A DNA stretch of 64,000 nt, from positions 192,001-256,000 of the forward strand of contig CAWFFN010000007.1 of the NCBI GenBank assembly GCA_963815115.1, written 5' to 3'. Positions 20,288 through 29,091 of this stretch are shown here, piece after piece. Position 1 is the first letter of the stretch. Every line of letters begins with the position of its first letter. The notes beneath the pieces are model-generated. The model was not told where the DNA came from. It worked only from the letters and a program-made list of their open reading frames with translations, and did no database searches. A program made the position numbers and the translations under genes. This DNA comes from an uncultured delta proteobacterium. GTDB taxonomy: Bacteria; Desulfobacterota; Binatia; DP-6.

Positions 20288-21061
20288 CTACGCGCACGCC
20301 GCTGGGACACCCGCGTGCCGGAGGGCACGAAGCAGGTCGTCACGGTATCGGACCTGATCGAACGAGATCTCGCCGACCTCGTCCGGGTCGAGCGACTCGG
20401 CCACCAGGACCTCGAACGGTGCCGTGAGCAGGCGGACGTGGACGAGATGATCGCCGCTGTCGACCAGGCGGAACACCGCCGGCGGTAGCGCGTCGGGCGC
20501 GAACCGCAGGCTGACCGGGTCCCCCGCCGGCCGCTGGTCGAGGAGCGGCACCGCCGGGAGCCCCGTAGCCATTCCCCGTGCCAGGGCGTCGCTCTCCGCC
20601 TCGATGCCGTCGTGTCGGAGCCGCGCGATCTCGCCGGCGACGTCTGCCGGCGGCCGCGGCCGATTGCGTCGTAGCCACGGGATGGCGTGGAAGAGCGGTG
20701 GCGGAGCGGGCACGAGCTCGAGTCCCTCGAACAGATCGGGCAGCAGCGCGGCGAGCGTGGCATGGTCGCCTGCGCCGTGCGCGGCGGTCGCGGCCCGAAA
20801 GGCGGGCGAATCCCGCAGCTCCCGCAGGCGCGTCCGGAAGCGCTCGACCAGCAGGCTGCCCTCCTGCAGCAGCGGTCCGGTCGCGTCCGCCAGGAGGTGC
20901 TCGCGATGCAGACGGCGTGCCCGGTCGCCCAGGGCGAGGGCGTCCGCCCGCAGCGTCGCGAGGTCGCCACGGCTCCCGGCGCGAAACTTCTCGAGCTCGA
21001 CCAGCAGTCCGCCCGCCTCGGCGACCGCCTGCTCCAGCGCATCGGCAGCCCCGTCGTCCAT
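20288..21061 (-). CDS. hypothetical protein (257 aa)
   Basis: Best ORF of the interval with typical composition; helical N-terminal half, alpha/beta C-terminal half. Confidence 0.65.
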   Translation of the reverse strand: MDDGAADALEQAVAEAGGLLVELEKFRAGSRGDLATLRADALALGDRARRLHREHLLADATGPLLQEGSLLVERFRTRLRELRDSPAFRAATAAHGAGDHATLAALLPDLFEGLELVPAPPPLFHAIPWLRRNRPRPPADVAGEIARLRHDGIEAESDALARGMATGLPAVPLLDQRPAGDPVSLRFAPDALPPAVFRLVDSGDHLVHVRLLTAPFEVLVAESLDPDEVGEISFDQVRYRDDLLRALRHAGVPAACA

Positions 21062-21108
21062 GATCCGGCTTCTTACAACCGGGCGCGGCCTTTGCTAAGA
21101 AGGGGGCG

Positions 21109-21720
21109 ATGCCCCTCCGGTCGCGGACTCGGAGAGCGCGCCGCGCGACCATCCGCGAGGTGCTCGACATCGCCATCGAGCTCGAGAAGAAGACGATGGC
21201 GCTGTACGTCGCCTTCGTCCAGGGCTTCCCGCGGCCCGAGGAAGTGCGCAACTTCTGGTTCTCGATGGCGCGTCACGAGGCGGGGCACTGCGGCGCGCTC
21301 GCCCTGGTCGAGAGCATCGTGGAATCCGATCCGAGCCGCGCGGCGGCGGCACGGGTGTGGTTCGACGAGCATACCGTGGCACGGCTGCGGGCGCTCCTCA
21401 CCGCCTATCTGCGCGAGGTGCGGAGCGGCAGCGTGTCGCTCGAGCGGGCCTTCGAGATGGCCATCGACGTCGAGGGATCGGAGCTCGAGGACGTCGTGGT
21501 CGACATGCTGAGCGTGGTGCGAAGCCCGCGGTGGCGCGAGCGCGCCATCCAGCTCCTGCTCCACGACCTGGGTGATCTCTCCTACATGGTCGAGCGCTAC
21601 ACCAAGAACGAGGGGTTGCTGACACGGGCCGACGCGCTCCTCGAGCGCCACCTGGGAGGCCTCAAGCGGCGCCGGTCAGCGACGGCGCGGGCCGCCGGGG
21701 GGCCGCGGGCGGCGGGGTAG
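21109..21720 (+). CDS. ferritin-like/rubrerythrin-family four-helix protein
   Basis: AIELE..ALY, RHEAGH (ExxH), AFEMAIDVE. Confidence 0.75.
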   Translation: MPLRSRTRRARRATIREVLDIAIELEKKTMALYVAFVQGFPRPEEVRNFWFSMARHEAGHCGALALVESIVESDPSRAAAARVWFDEHTVARLRALLTAYLREVRSGSVSLERAFEMAIDVEGSELEDVVVDMLSVVRSPRWRERAIQLLLHDLGDLSYMVERYTKNEGLLTRADALLERHLGGLKRRRSATARAAGGPRAAG

Positions 21721-21722
21721 CG

Positions 21723-22118
21723 ATGGCCGGGGCCACGACCACGCGCCGGAACGGCCGCTCCGAGGGCGGGGCGTTCGTCACCGTGCCGATCTACCTCGAG
21801 GCGGTCGGGCGCTTGCATGGCGTGGGGCCGGGTGAGATGGCCCGCGCGTTGCGCGTCAGCCCCTCGGTCTTGCGGCGCTGGGCGCGCGGCACGCTGGTGC
21901 CATCGTGGCGGCGGCTCCGCGTGATGACCGACCTGTGGGGCGGCAGCGCGGAGCTTCTCGCCCTGGGCGCAGCGTTGCAGCGCTACTCGCGCTCCACCGG
22001 CATCTCCATCGAGGACGCGGTGCGGATGGTTCGCAGCGGCCGCCGCAACGCCCCGGAGCGCCGCACGGCCGGGCGGCGCCGCGACCGCCGGCAGCTTTCG
22101 CTGCCCATCGGAGGCTGA
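21723..22118 (+). CDS. XRE-type helix-turn-helix protein with C-terminal QLSLPI motif
   Basis: EMARALRVSPSVLRRWARGTLVPS HTH; starts 2 nt after the upstream stop. Confidence 0.75.
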   Translation: MAGATTTRRNGRSEGGAFVTVPIYLEAVGRLHGVGPGEMARALRVSPSVLRRWARGTLVPSWRRLRVMTDLWGGSAELLALGAALQRYSRSTGISIEDAVRMVRSGRRNAPERRTAGRRRDRRQLSLPIGG

Positions 22119-22121
22119 GAC

Positions 22122-22607
22122 GTGACGGGCGAGGGCATCGGTGAGGGCATCACGGAGCGCGGGCTGGCGGCGACCTCCCACGTCGAGACGGCCGAGGGTC
22201 CGGTGCGCATGTCGGAGACGCCCAACAAGGGCTTCGCCGTGCTGACGCGGCTGCCCTCGGGGCAGCTCGGCTTCCGCCAGCTGATCAAGCTCGTCTCGCG
22301 TGGTCCGGTGCCGCTGGTCCGGGTCGTCCTGAGCACGGGGCACGAGGTCCTGGCGGCACGCGGACATCCCTTCTATCGCGCCGGAATGGAGGCCGTCGCC
22401 GCGGAGCGGCTCATGCCCGGCGATCCCCTCGAGACCGCCTTCCGCTATCCCGAAGGCTACACGCCTCCGGACCTGCCGGATGCCGAGTCGAGCGCCCCGA
22501 TCCGTGTCGTGCGGGTGGAAGCGGCGGGGGAGGGCGAGGTGATGACGGGCACGGTGCGGGACACGCATGCGCTCTTCATCACGGCTGGCGTCCTCTGTGG
22601 CGAGTGA
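22122..22607 (+). CDS. stand-alone Hint (intein-fold) domain protein lacking splicing residues
   Basis: Aligns by eye with intein blocks A (GLAATSHVETAEG), B (VVLSTGHEVLAARGHPF), F (RVVRVEAAGEGEVMTGTV) and G ([10 protein letters not shown]). Confidence 0.75.
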   Translation: MTGEGIGEGITERGLAATSHVETAEGPVRMSETPNKGFAVLTRLPSGQLGFRQLIKLVSRGPVPLVRVVLSTGHEVLAARGHPFYRAGMEAVAAERLMPGDPLETAFRYPEGYTPPDLPDAESSAPIRVVRVEAAGEGEVMTGTVRDTHALFITAGVLCGE

Positions 22608-23313
22608 CGGGCTGGCGCGCCTCGAGGCCCGCCTCGTCCGCTGCCGGCGCTGCCCGCGGCTGGTCGCCTACCGCCAGCGCGTCGCGACGGAGCGCGTCGC
22701 GCGCTTCCGAAGCTGGCACTACTGGGGGCGGCCCGTCCCGGGGTTCGGCGATCCGGCGGCCCGCGTCCTGGTCGTCGGCCTTGCGCCCGCGGCGCACGGT
22801 GGCAACCGGACGGGCCGCATCTTCACGGGCGACGAGAGCGGCAACTGGCTCTTCGCTGGACTGCATCGCGCCGGGTTCGCGAATCAGCCGGCCTCCGTGC
22901 ATCGGGACGACGGGCTGGCGCTGCGCGGCGCCTGGGTGACGGCGGCGGCGCGCTGCGCGCCGCCAGCCAACCGGCCGACGCCGCAGGAGCTCGAGACCTG
23001 CCGGAGCTGGCTGCTCGCCGAGCTGGCGCTCCTGGAACGCCTGCGGGTCGTCGTCGTGCTTGGCCGCGTCGCGCACGACGCCTTCCTGGCGGCGGAGGCC
23101 GCCCGCGGCCGGATGGTGCCACGCCCGCGGCCGGCGTTCGCGCATGGAGCGGAGCATCGGCTGCCGTCGGGACTCGTGCTGCTCTGCTCCTACCACCCGA
23201 GCCAGCAGAACACCTTCACCGGCAGGTTGACGCGGCCGATGCTCGACCGCGTGCTCGGACGGGCGGCCGCGCTCGCCGAGGCGCGAGTTCCTCGTCCGGC
23301 CGAAGGGTGGTAA
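22597..23313 (+). CDS. uracil-DNA glycosylase family 5 (UDGb)
   Basis: [40 protein letters not shown]. Confidence 0.93.
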   Translation: MASDGLARLEARLVRCRRCPRLVAYRQRVATERVARFRSWHYWGRPVPGFGDPAARVLVVGLAPAAHGGNRTGRIFTGDESGNWLFAGLHRAGFANQPASVHRDDGLALRGAWVTAAARCAPPANRPTPQELETCRSWLLAELALLERLRVVVVLGRVAHDAFLAAEAARGRMVPRPRPAFAHGAEHRLPSGLVLLCSYHPSQQNTFTGRLTRPMLDRVLGRAAALAEARVPRPAEGW

Positions 23314-23329
23314 CGAGGGCCCGCGGCGC

Positions 23330-24205
23330 ATGAAGGGGATCATCCTTGCCGGCGGAGCAGGCACGCGGTTGCATCCGCTCACCCTCGCGGTGAGCAAGCA
23401 GCTCCTGCCGGTCTACGACAAGCCGATGATCTACTATCCGTTGTCGTCGCTCATGCTCGCGGGCATCCGCGACATCCTGGTCATCACGACGCCGCACGAG
23501 CAGGAGCCTTTCCGGCGGCTCCTGGGTGACGGCGCCCCGCTCGGTCTCTCCATCAGCTATGCCGTCCAGCCGCGGCCCGAGGGGCTCGCCCAGGCCTTCG
23601 TCGTCGGACGGCAGTTCATCGACGGCGGCTCGGTCGCCCTCGCGCTCGGCGACAACATCTTCTACGGACACGGGTTCCCGGAGAGCCTGCGGCGCGCCGC
23701 CACGCGCACGCGCGGCGCAACCGTGTTCGCCTATCACGTCCGCGATCCGGAGCGGTACGGCGTGGTCGAGTTCGACGCGGCCGGACAGGCGGTCTCGCTG
23801 GAGGAGAAACCCGCGCTGCCGCGTTCGTCGTACGCGGTGACCGGGCTCTATTTCTACGACGCCCGCATCACCGACATCGCCGCCGGTCTGCGGCCGTCAG
23901 CCCGGGGCGAGCTGGAGATCACCGACGTGAATCTGCACTATCTGCGCCTCGGCGACCTCCAGGTCGAGAAGCTCGGCCGCGGCGTCGCGTGGCTGGACAC
24001 CGGAACGCACGAAGCGCTGGCCCAGGCCTCGAGCTTCATCCAGGTCATCGAGGAGCGGCAGGGCCTCAAGGTGGCCTGCCTCGAGGAGATCGCGCTGCGC
24101 ATGGCCTACATCGGGCCGGAGGAGGTGCGTCGCGCGGCCCACGGCATGCAGCAGACGGGCTACGGACAGTACCTGCTCCGGCTGCTCGAGCAGTGGCCGA
24201 CGTAG
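23330..24205 (+). CDS. rfbA: glucose-1-phosphate thymidylyltransferase
   Basis: [42 protein letters not shown]. Confidence 0.96.
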   Translation: MKGIILAGGAGTRLHPLTLAVSKQLLPVYDKPMIYYPLSSLMLAGIRDILVITTPHEQEPFRRLLGDGAPLGLSISYAVQPRPEGLAQAFVVGRQFIDGGSVALALGDNIFYGHGFPESLRRAATRTRGATVFAYHVRDPERYGVVEFDAAGQAVSLEEKPALPRSSYAVTGLYFYDARITDIAAGLRPSARGELEITDVNLHYLRLGDLQVEKLGRGVAWLDTGTHEALAQASSFIQVIEERQGLKVACLEEIALRMAYIGPEEVRRAAHGMQQTGYGQYLLRLLEQWPT

Positions 24206-24528
24206 ACCTGGCACGGAATCGAGTGCCCGCTGGCGACCACCGTGACCGCGCGGCGCAGGTAGAGCCGCCCCTCGTCCTCGTACACGTCCAGGGCGTGCAG
24301 CGCGTCGGAATCGAGGTCGTCGAGGACGACGCCATCGACCGCGGCGCCAGGCGAGGGATGGATCACCGGATAGCCGTGCGTGCCGACGGCGCGGATCCAG
24401 CCGTGCAGCGTCGCCGCCCGGCGCGCGAATTGGCGACCCGTGACGCGCTCGACGGACGCCGGCTCCGTGAGCGTTCCGTAGACGAACAGACGCGTCGGTC
24501 CGCGCGGCTCAGGCCGCGTTGGGCTGAT
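24160..24528 (-). CDS. gamma-glutamylcyclotransferase (AIG2-like) protein with no canonical start codon
   Basis: Open frame reads [20 protein letters not shown]; no ATG/GTG/TTG between the upstream in-frame TGA (24538-24540) and the motif; ATC at 24528 is a candidate. Confidence 0.65.
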   Translation of the reverse strand: MSPTRPEPRGPTRLFVYGTLTEPASVERVTGRQFARRAATLHGWIRAVGTHGYPVIHPSPGAAVDGVVLDDLDSDALHALDVYEDEGRLYLRRAVTVVASGHSIPCQVYVGHCSSSRSRYCP

Positions 24529-25051
24529 GGCCGCCGCTCAGGCTGCGCTCGCGCTGGACGAGCACGTGTACGCCGCGATTCGTGAGCCACCCGAAGGTCT
24601 CACGCACGCGGCGGAGCGCCAGCTCCTCCGCGGGAGCCGGCACCAGCACCTCGAGGCTGGCGCCCGGTCCGCTCCGCAGCACGTCGTCGGCGAGCGTCTC
24701 GGCGAGGTACGGCGTGAGAACGCCGGCGCGCTCGAGCACACCTTCGGTGCCGAGCGTCGGACGCCGGACGCGCACCACCACCGGGATCGGCGGAGCTTGC
24801 GTTTCGAGACGCGCTCGCGCGAGCACGAGCGTGGCTTCGACCAGGTCGCCGTAGGTCCGGACCGGTTCCAGCACATCCTCGGGGACGACGAGGTCGAGCT
24901 CTTCCTCGATGGCGAGCGCGAGCTCGGCGAAATCGAGCGAATCTGCAGCCAGATCCTCGACCAGGGACAGCTCAGGGGACAGGGAATCCTCGGTGACGCC
25001 GAGGTGTTCCGCAACCAGCCGCCGCACTCGCGGCTCCACAAGACTCCACAT
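24509..25051 (-). CDS. acyl carrier protein domain fused to an extra alpha/beta (STAS-like) domain
   Basis: EDLAADSLDFAELALAIEEE phosphopantetheine motif, then a ~95-aa extension. Confidence 0.8.
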   Translation of the reverse strand: MWSLVEPRVRRLVAEHLGVTEDSLSPELSLVEDLAADSLDFAELALAIEEELDLVVPEDVLEPVRTYGDLVEATLVLARARLETQAPPIPVVVRVRRPTLGTEGVLERAGVLTPYLAETLADDVLRSGPGASLEVLVPAPAEELALRRVRETFGWLTNRGVHVLVQRERSLSGGHQPNAA

Positions 25052-25215
25052 ACTCACCTGCCGATCGAATTCGTTGCGTCGAAGGTTGACTCCTAGCATA
25101 CCTCGCGAGCTTCGACAGTACGCGGCGACGAGAATTCACCCGCCCGTAGCAACGCGCTGCGGCGTGCGGCGGTTGCTGGACGCTGCCACGGCGCTTCGGT
25201 ACCTTCGGACGATAC

Positions 25216-25288
25216 GCCCTCGTAGCTCAGTGGATAGAGCACCTGCCTCCTAAGCAGGGGGTCGCAGGTTCGATTCCTGCCGGGGGCA
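25216..25288 (+). tRNA. tRNA-Arg (anticodon CCT)
   Basis: Cloverleaf: GCCCTCG/CGGGGGC acceptor stem, CCTGC-CTCCTAA-GCAGG anticodon arm, GGTTCGATTCC T arm; CCA not encoded. Confidence 0.96.
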
Positions 25289-25477
25289 TCGAGACTTCAA
25301 CGGCTCGCGCACGCACGCCGGCCCCGCAGCGGCGGATGGGCGACAATGTCACCACTTGCGCGCGGTGACACCGGCACCCCTCTCGCGCGTTGCGTTCGAG
25401 CACTCGTGGATCGGGCGCTCAGCCGGCGAGGAGCGACACAGGGCGGGGCACAACCTCGCCCTGTGCGATGCAGACGA

Positions 25478-25768
25478 TCAGAAGCGACGCGAGCCGTTCC
25501 GGCCGCCACCGCCACCGGACGAGCGTTCCTTCGCTTCGCTGACGTTCAGGGTGCGACCCTGGAGATCCGTGCCGTTGAACTGCGAGATCGCCTTCTGCGC
25601 CTCGCCCGACGAGCTCATCTCGACGAACCCGAAGCCGCGCGATTGTCCGGTCTCGCGGTCCGTGATGACCGCGGCCGACTCGCACGTGCCTGCCTGCGCG
25701 AACAGGGTCTCGAGATCCGAACTCCTGGTCTCGAACGACAGATTGCCGACGAACAGCTTCTTACCCAT
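25478..25768 (-). CDS. RRM RNA-binding protein
   Basis: RNP2 LFVGNL, RNP1 RGFGFVEM, Gly-rich tail; AGGAGG SD. Confidence 0.95.
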   Translation of the reverse strand: MGKKLFVGNLSFETRSSDLETLFAQAGTCESAAVITDRETGQSRGFGFVEMSSSGEAQKAISQFNGTDLQGRTLNVSEAKERSSGGGGGRNGSRRF

Positions 25769-26160
25769 TGCTCCTCCTGGGCCCCGCAGGGCCGGTTCGA
25801 CATCGACGCATCGTCTGGGCGGGAAGCCTGTCGTGGCAGAACGGATGGACGCTGATTCACGCACAAACAAGACGACGGTGGACGCATAGACCAATCCGAA
25901 GGCCAGCACAATGCGCCGCCCGCAGATCGCGCCGCATGGCAGAGGCGCCATGACCCAGCATCACCAGCGCCTGCCCAGCATAATCGTAAGACCGCAAGCA
26001 CGGCCCGCGGCGGCATCAGGTACGCGCCACGACGGGTGGACTCACATGCCATGTTCTCCGGGCGCCCGGATCGAAGGCAGAAGGCAAGCACGGCAGGCCA
26101 CGGTCACGACGGACGCCGTGAGCACGGTGCCGGTGTCCTCAACGGAAGGAGGATCCGAGG

Positions 26161-26604
26161 ATGAAGCGGTTCGCGCTGACGACAATGGCGCTGGCAGGCA
26201 CCCTCGCGCTTGGTGCTCTCCCTGCACGGGCCGAGTTTTGCATCGAGCTCCAGGATGGAGGGTCGGCCGTCGCGTTCCTGCGCTTCAAGCAGAAGTACTC
26301 CACCAAGGTCGACAAGTTCACGGCACTGACGGGAAAGATCATCGCTCTCGAGGCGGGAAGCATCGTGGGCATCGGGCCTGCGTTTGGTCAGATGCTCGGC
26401 CTGCCGGAGGCGGACGCCGGGAATTCGCTCGGCGTGACGTTCGCATACGGCGGCGACACCGTCGGGCACGCGTCCATCGTCCTGGATGACAACGCGCTCA
26501 TGTCGGGCTCCGGCACTCTCTTCGTGGAGTCCCCGGCTGCCCTGCCGACCAGCGTCACCGCCGAGATCGTCGGCTGCGCGAACGAGCCGCAGCCCTCACC
26601 GTGA
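26161..26604 (+). CDS. secreted hypothetical protein (147 aa)
   Basis: Signal peptide ending ARA, beta-rich body, two Cys; GGAGG SD. Confidence 0.7.
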   Translation: MKRFALTTMALAGTLALGALPARAEFCIELQDGGSAVAFLRFKQKYSTKVDKFTALTGKIIALEAGSIVGIGPAFGQMLGLPEADAGNSLGVTFAYGGDTVGHASIVLDDNALMSGSGTLFVESPAALPTSVTAEIVGCANEPQPSP

Positions 26605-26802
26605 GCACGGCGGGACCGGGCGCACCGCCGGCGATCGAGAGCCGCCGCTCGACCGCGATGGTCGGCGGCGGCTTCCATACGGGCGTGGCCGTCGGCGGGG
26701 TAGCGCGTGACTTCACCGTCGCCCGCGGTTGGGCAGAGCTTGCGCCGACCTGTTCGGGTTGGTGAGAGCAGGGGACAGAAGACCCGCGCGGCGCGGTCTA
26801 CC

Positions 26803-28068
26803 CTACGCCGTGTGTCCCTGATGGGAATCCTTCCGCAGGGACATGAGCTCCACTTCCAACGCGAGGGCGACTTGCTTGGCCAGCGATTCCAGGAGTGTCA
26901 TTTGCTCGCGGAGCAGAAAGCGTTCGGGCTCCCTGGGCCGCAAGGCCAGAATGCCGGCGGGGGTATCGCCCGCCTGCAGGGGGACGTAGAGAACCTCTGC
27001 CGTCGGTGAGCTCCCGGTACCCCATCCTGCCATCTGGCCACTCTCGTAGGCCGATCGCGCAAAGTGCATTTGTTCCACGAGGTCTTTTTGCATCACCGAC
27101 GACACGTCACCCGCAGCGACGTGCAGCGAGCGCTTCTCATCCGGCAGGAGCGCCAGGACCTCGCAATCGAAGATCTCCGAGATGTACTGTACCGCCACCT
27201 GTAGTATGCTCTCGACCCCCCTGGTGCTGGCGAGTTGCCGGCTGAGACCGTGCATCGCTGCCGCCTGCCGCTCCTGTAAACGGGCAAGCGTGATCTGCTG
27301 GCGCATCCCGGCGGCCAGGTGACTGATCACCAGAGCCACCAGACACATCACCACGAAGGTGACGATGTACTGGGCGTCCTCCACGGTGAACGAGAATCGG
27401 GGAGGTACAAAACAGAAATCAAAGGCCAGGACGCTCAGGAGAGACGATAGGATCGCCGGCCCACGCCCGCAGTCAGTGGCGGTGAGGATCACCCCCAGCA
27501 AGTACACCATGATGAGGTTGCTGAGGTGGAAGTACGGGTACATCGCAAAACAGATCGCGGTGGCCAGGGCGAGGTACAGGACACCCGTGCCATAGTCCGA
27601 CAGCTGGATCCTCTTGGATCGAAGGACGTAGGTCGCTTCTCTTTGTTCTCCCGGCTCGCCGGCAATGACGTAGACGTCGGCCGCTCGGCTGATTCGCACC
27701 AGTTGATCCACGGGGCTTCGTGCAAGGATGCCTCTGGCCGAAGAGCGGCCTGGCTTGCCAACGATGATCCGCGTGATGTTCCGTTGCCTTGCGAAGTTGA
27801 CGATTTCCTCGGCCACGTTGCGGCCGGGTAGGGTGACCGCCTCTCCCCCCGATTCGTCAGCCAACCTCAGATTGTCGGCGGCCTGGCTGCGCGCCGCCTC
27901 GGATAGCATCGCCATTCTGGGTTGCTCGACGTATACGGCGAACCATTTGGCATGGAGGCTGGCGGCCATCCTCTTGGCGGAGGTTATCAGCTGGGCCGAG
28001 GAGGAGCTCGGGCTCACGCACACCAAGAGCCTTTCTTCGGTGGGCTTTGGAATGTCCGCCATCGTCAC
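26803..28068 (-). CDS. KdpD-like sensor fragment (USP + 4TM + GAF) without kinase domain
   Basis: ERLLVCVSPS, FARQRNITRIIVGK, NLIMVYLLGV, FDFCFVPPRFSFTV; stops before the HisKA H-box. Confidence 0.8.
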   Translation of the reverse strand: MTMADIPKPTEERLLVCVSPSSSSAQLITSAKRMAASLHAKWFAVYVEQPRMAMLSEAARSQAADNLRLADESGGEAVTLPGRNVAEEIVNFARQRNITRIIVGKPGRSSARGILARSPVDQLVRISRAADVYVIAGEPGEQREATYVLRSKRIQLSDYGTGVLYLALATAICFAMYPYFHLSNLIMVYLLGVILTATDCGRGPAILSSLLSVLAFDFCFVPPRFSFTVEDAQYIVTFVVMCLVALVISHLAAGMRQQITLARLQERQAAAMHGLSRQLASTRGVESILQVAVQYISEIFDCEVLALLPDEKRSLHVAAGDVSSVMQKDLVEQMHFARSAYESGQMAGWGTGSSPTAEVLYVPLQAGDTPAGILALRPREPERFLLREQMTLLESLAKQVALALEVELMSLRKDSHQGHTA

Positions 28069-28356
28069 GCTCCCTCGGTCATGTGCCGATGTCCAGGTGT
28101 GATTGCGCCTCTACATCAGAGACGACGATCGTGAAACTGGCGCTTGGAGGATCAGGCGGCCGCGCCGCGAAGCTGTCATCGCCCGTCGGGGCCCGCGGTG
28201 CTGCCCGCGGCCAGCGAGGAGGTGTTGCGCTAGACGATCGCCGTCGCTAGCGATGAGCCGGGGAGTTCCACAACCCGTGGACGATGATCAGCGTCGAGCG
28301 GTTGCCCGTGGATGCCCAGGCCGCATGAAGCTGGACGTCCATTCGCGAGGTGCATC

Positions 28357-28605
28357 GTGCGAGAGAAGATCGAAGTCGGGTACCAGGCGTTCGTGGCCGA
28401 TGGGGGCGAGGAGTTCGGCGCGATCCGGGAGGTCTCGGTCGGCGACCTGCTCGTCTACGTAGAGAATGCGGGCGACTTCCGCATCCCGCTGGAGGCGGTC
28501 CAGGCGGTGCATTCCCAGAAGGTCATCTTCCGGTGTGACAGGCTCGACCGTCGCCTGCGGGAGGCGATCGGCCATGCGCACGACGCCGAAGAGCCCGGGC
28601 GGTAG
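28357..28605 (+). CDS. small hypothetical protein, PRC-barrel-like
   Basis: GTG after GAGG; DGGEEFGAIREV..VENAGDFRIPLEAV. Confidence 0.65.
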   Translation: MREKIEVGYQAFVADGGEEFGAIREVSVGDLLVYVENAGDFRIPLEAVQAVHSQKVIFRCDRLDRRLREAIGHAHDAEEPGR

Positions 28606-28641
28606 CAGGGTCCCGAGCCAACCGATTCCCGCCGGCGCGAG

Positions 28642-29025
28642 CTACTGGAGGATGCCGGGGACCTGGAGCGTGAAGCGCGGGATGCGCGCCTGGAAGACCT
28701 GGCCCGTCTCGGTGTGCATCTCGTAGGTGCCTTCCATCGTGCCGAAGGGCGTCGCGAGGACGGCACCGCTGGTGTAGCGATGCACCTCGCCACGCGCGAG
28801 CGTGGGCTGCTGGCCGACGACGCCTGGACCCTCCACCTCCTCGACGTGCCCGTCGCCATCGGTGATGATCCAGTGCCGGCGGCGAAGCTGTGCGCGCGGG
28901 GCGCCCTCGTTCGCGATCGTGACCGTGTATGCGAAGGCGTAGCTCCCCTCGTCGGGCGCCGAGCGATCCGGCAGGTATGTCGACTCCACCGAGATGCGGA
29001 TTCCGTCGGTCAGGGCCGTGGGCAT
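28642..29025 (-). CDS. apaG: ApaG protein
   Basis: FAYTVTI, RHWIITD, GPGVVGQQP, YTSG..TPFGTMEG. Confidence 0.95.
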   Translation of the reverse strand: MPTALTDGIRISVESTYLPDRSAPDEGSYAFAYTVTIANEGAPRAQLRRRHWIITDGDGHVEEVEGPGVVGQQPTLARGEVHRYTSGAVLATPFGTMEGTYEMHTETGQVFQARIPRFTLQVPGILQ

Positions 29026-29091
29026 GGGGCGCTCTTCCTAGGTGGGCGACGGCTCCGCGTCAATGCGCAGATGCGGTATCAGCGGCCGCTT

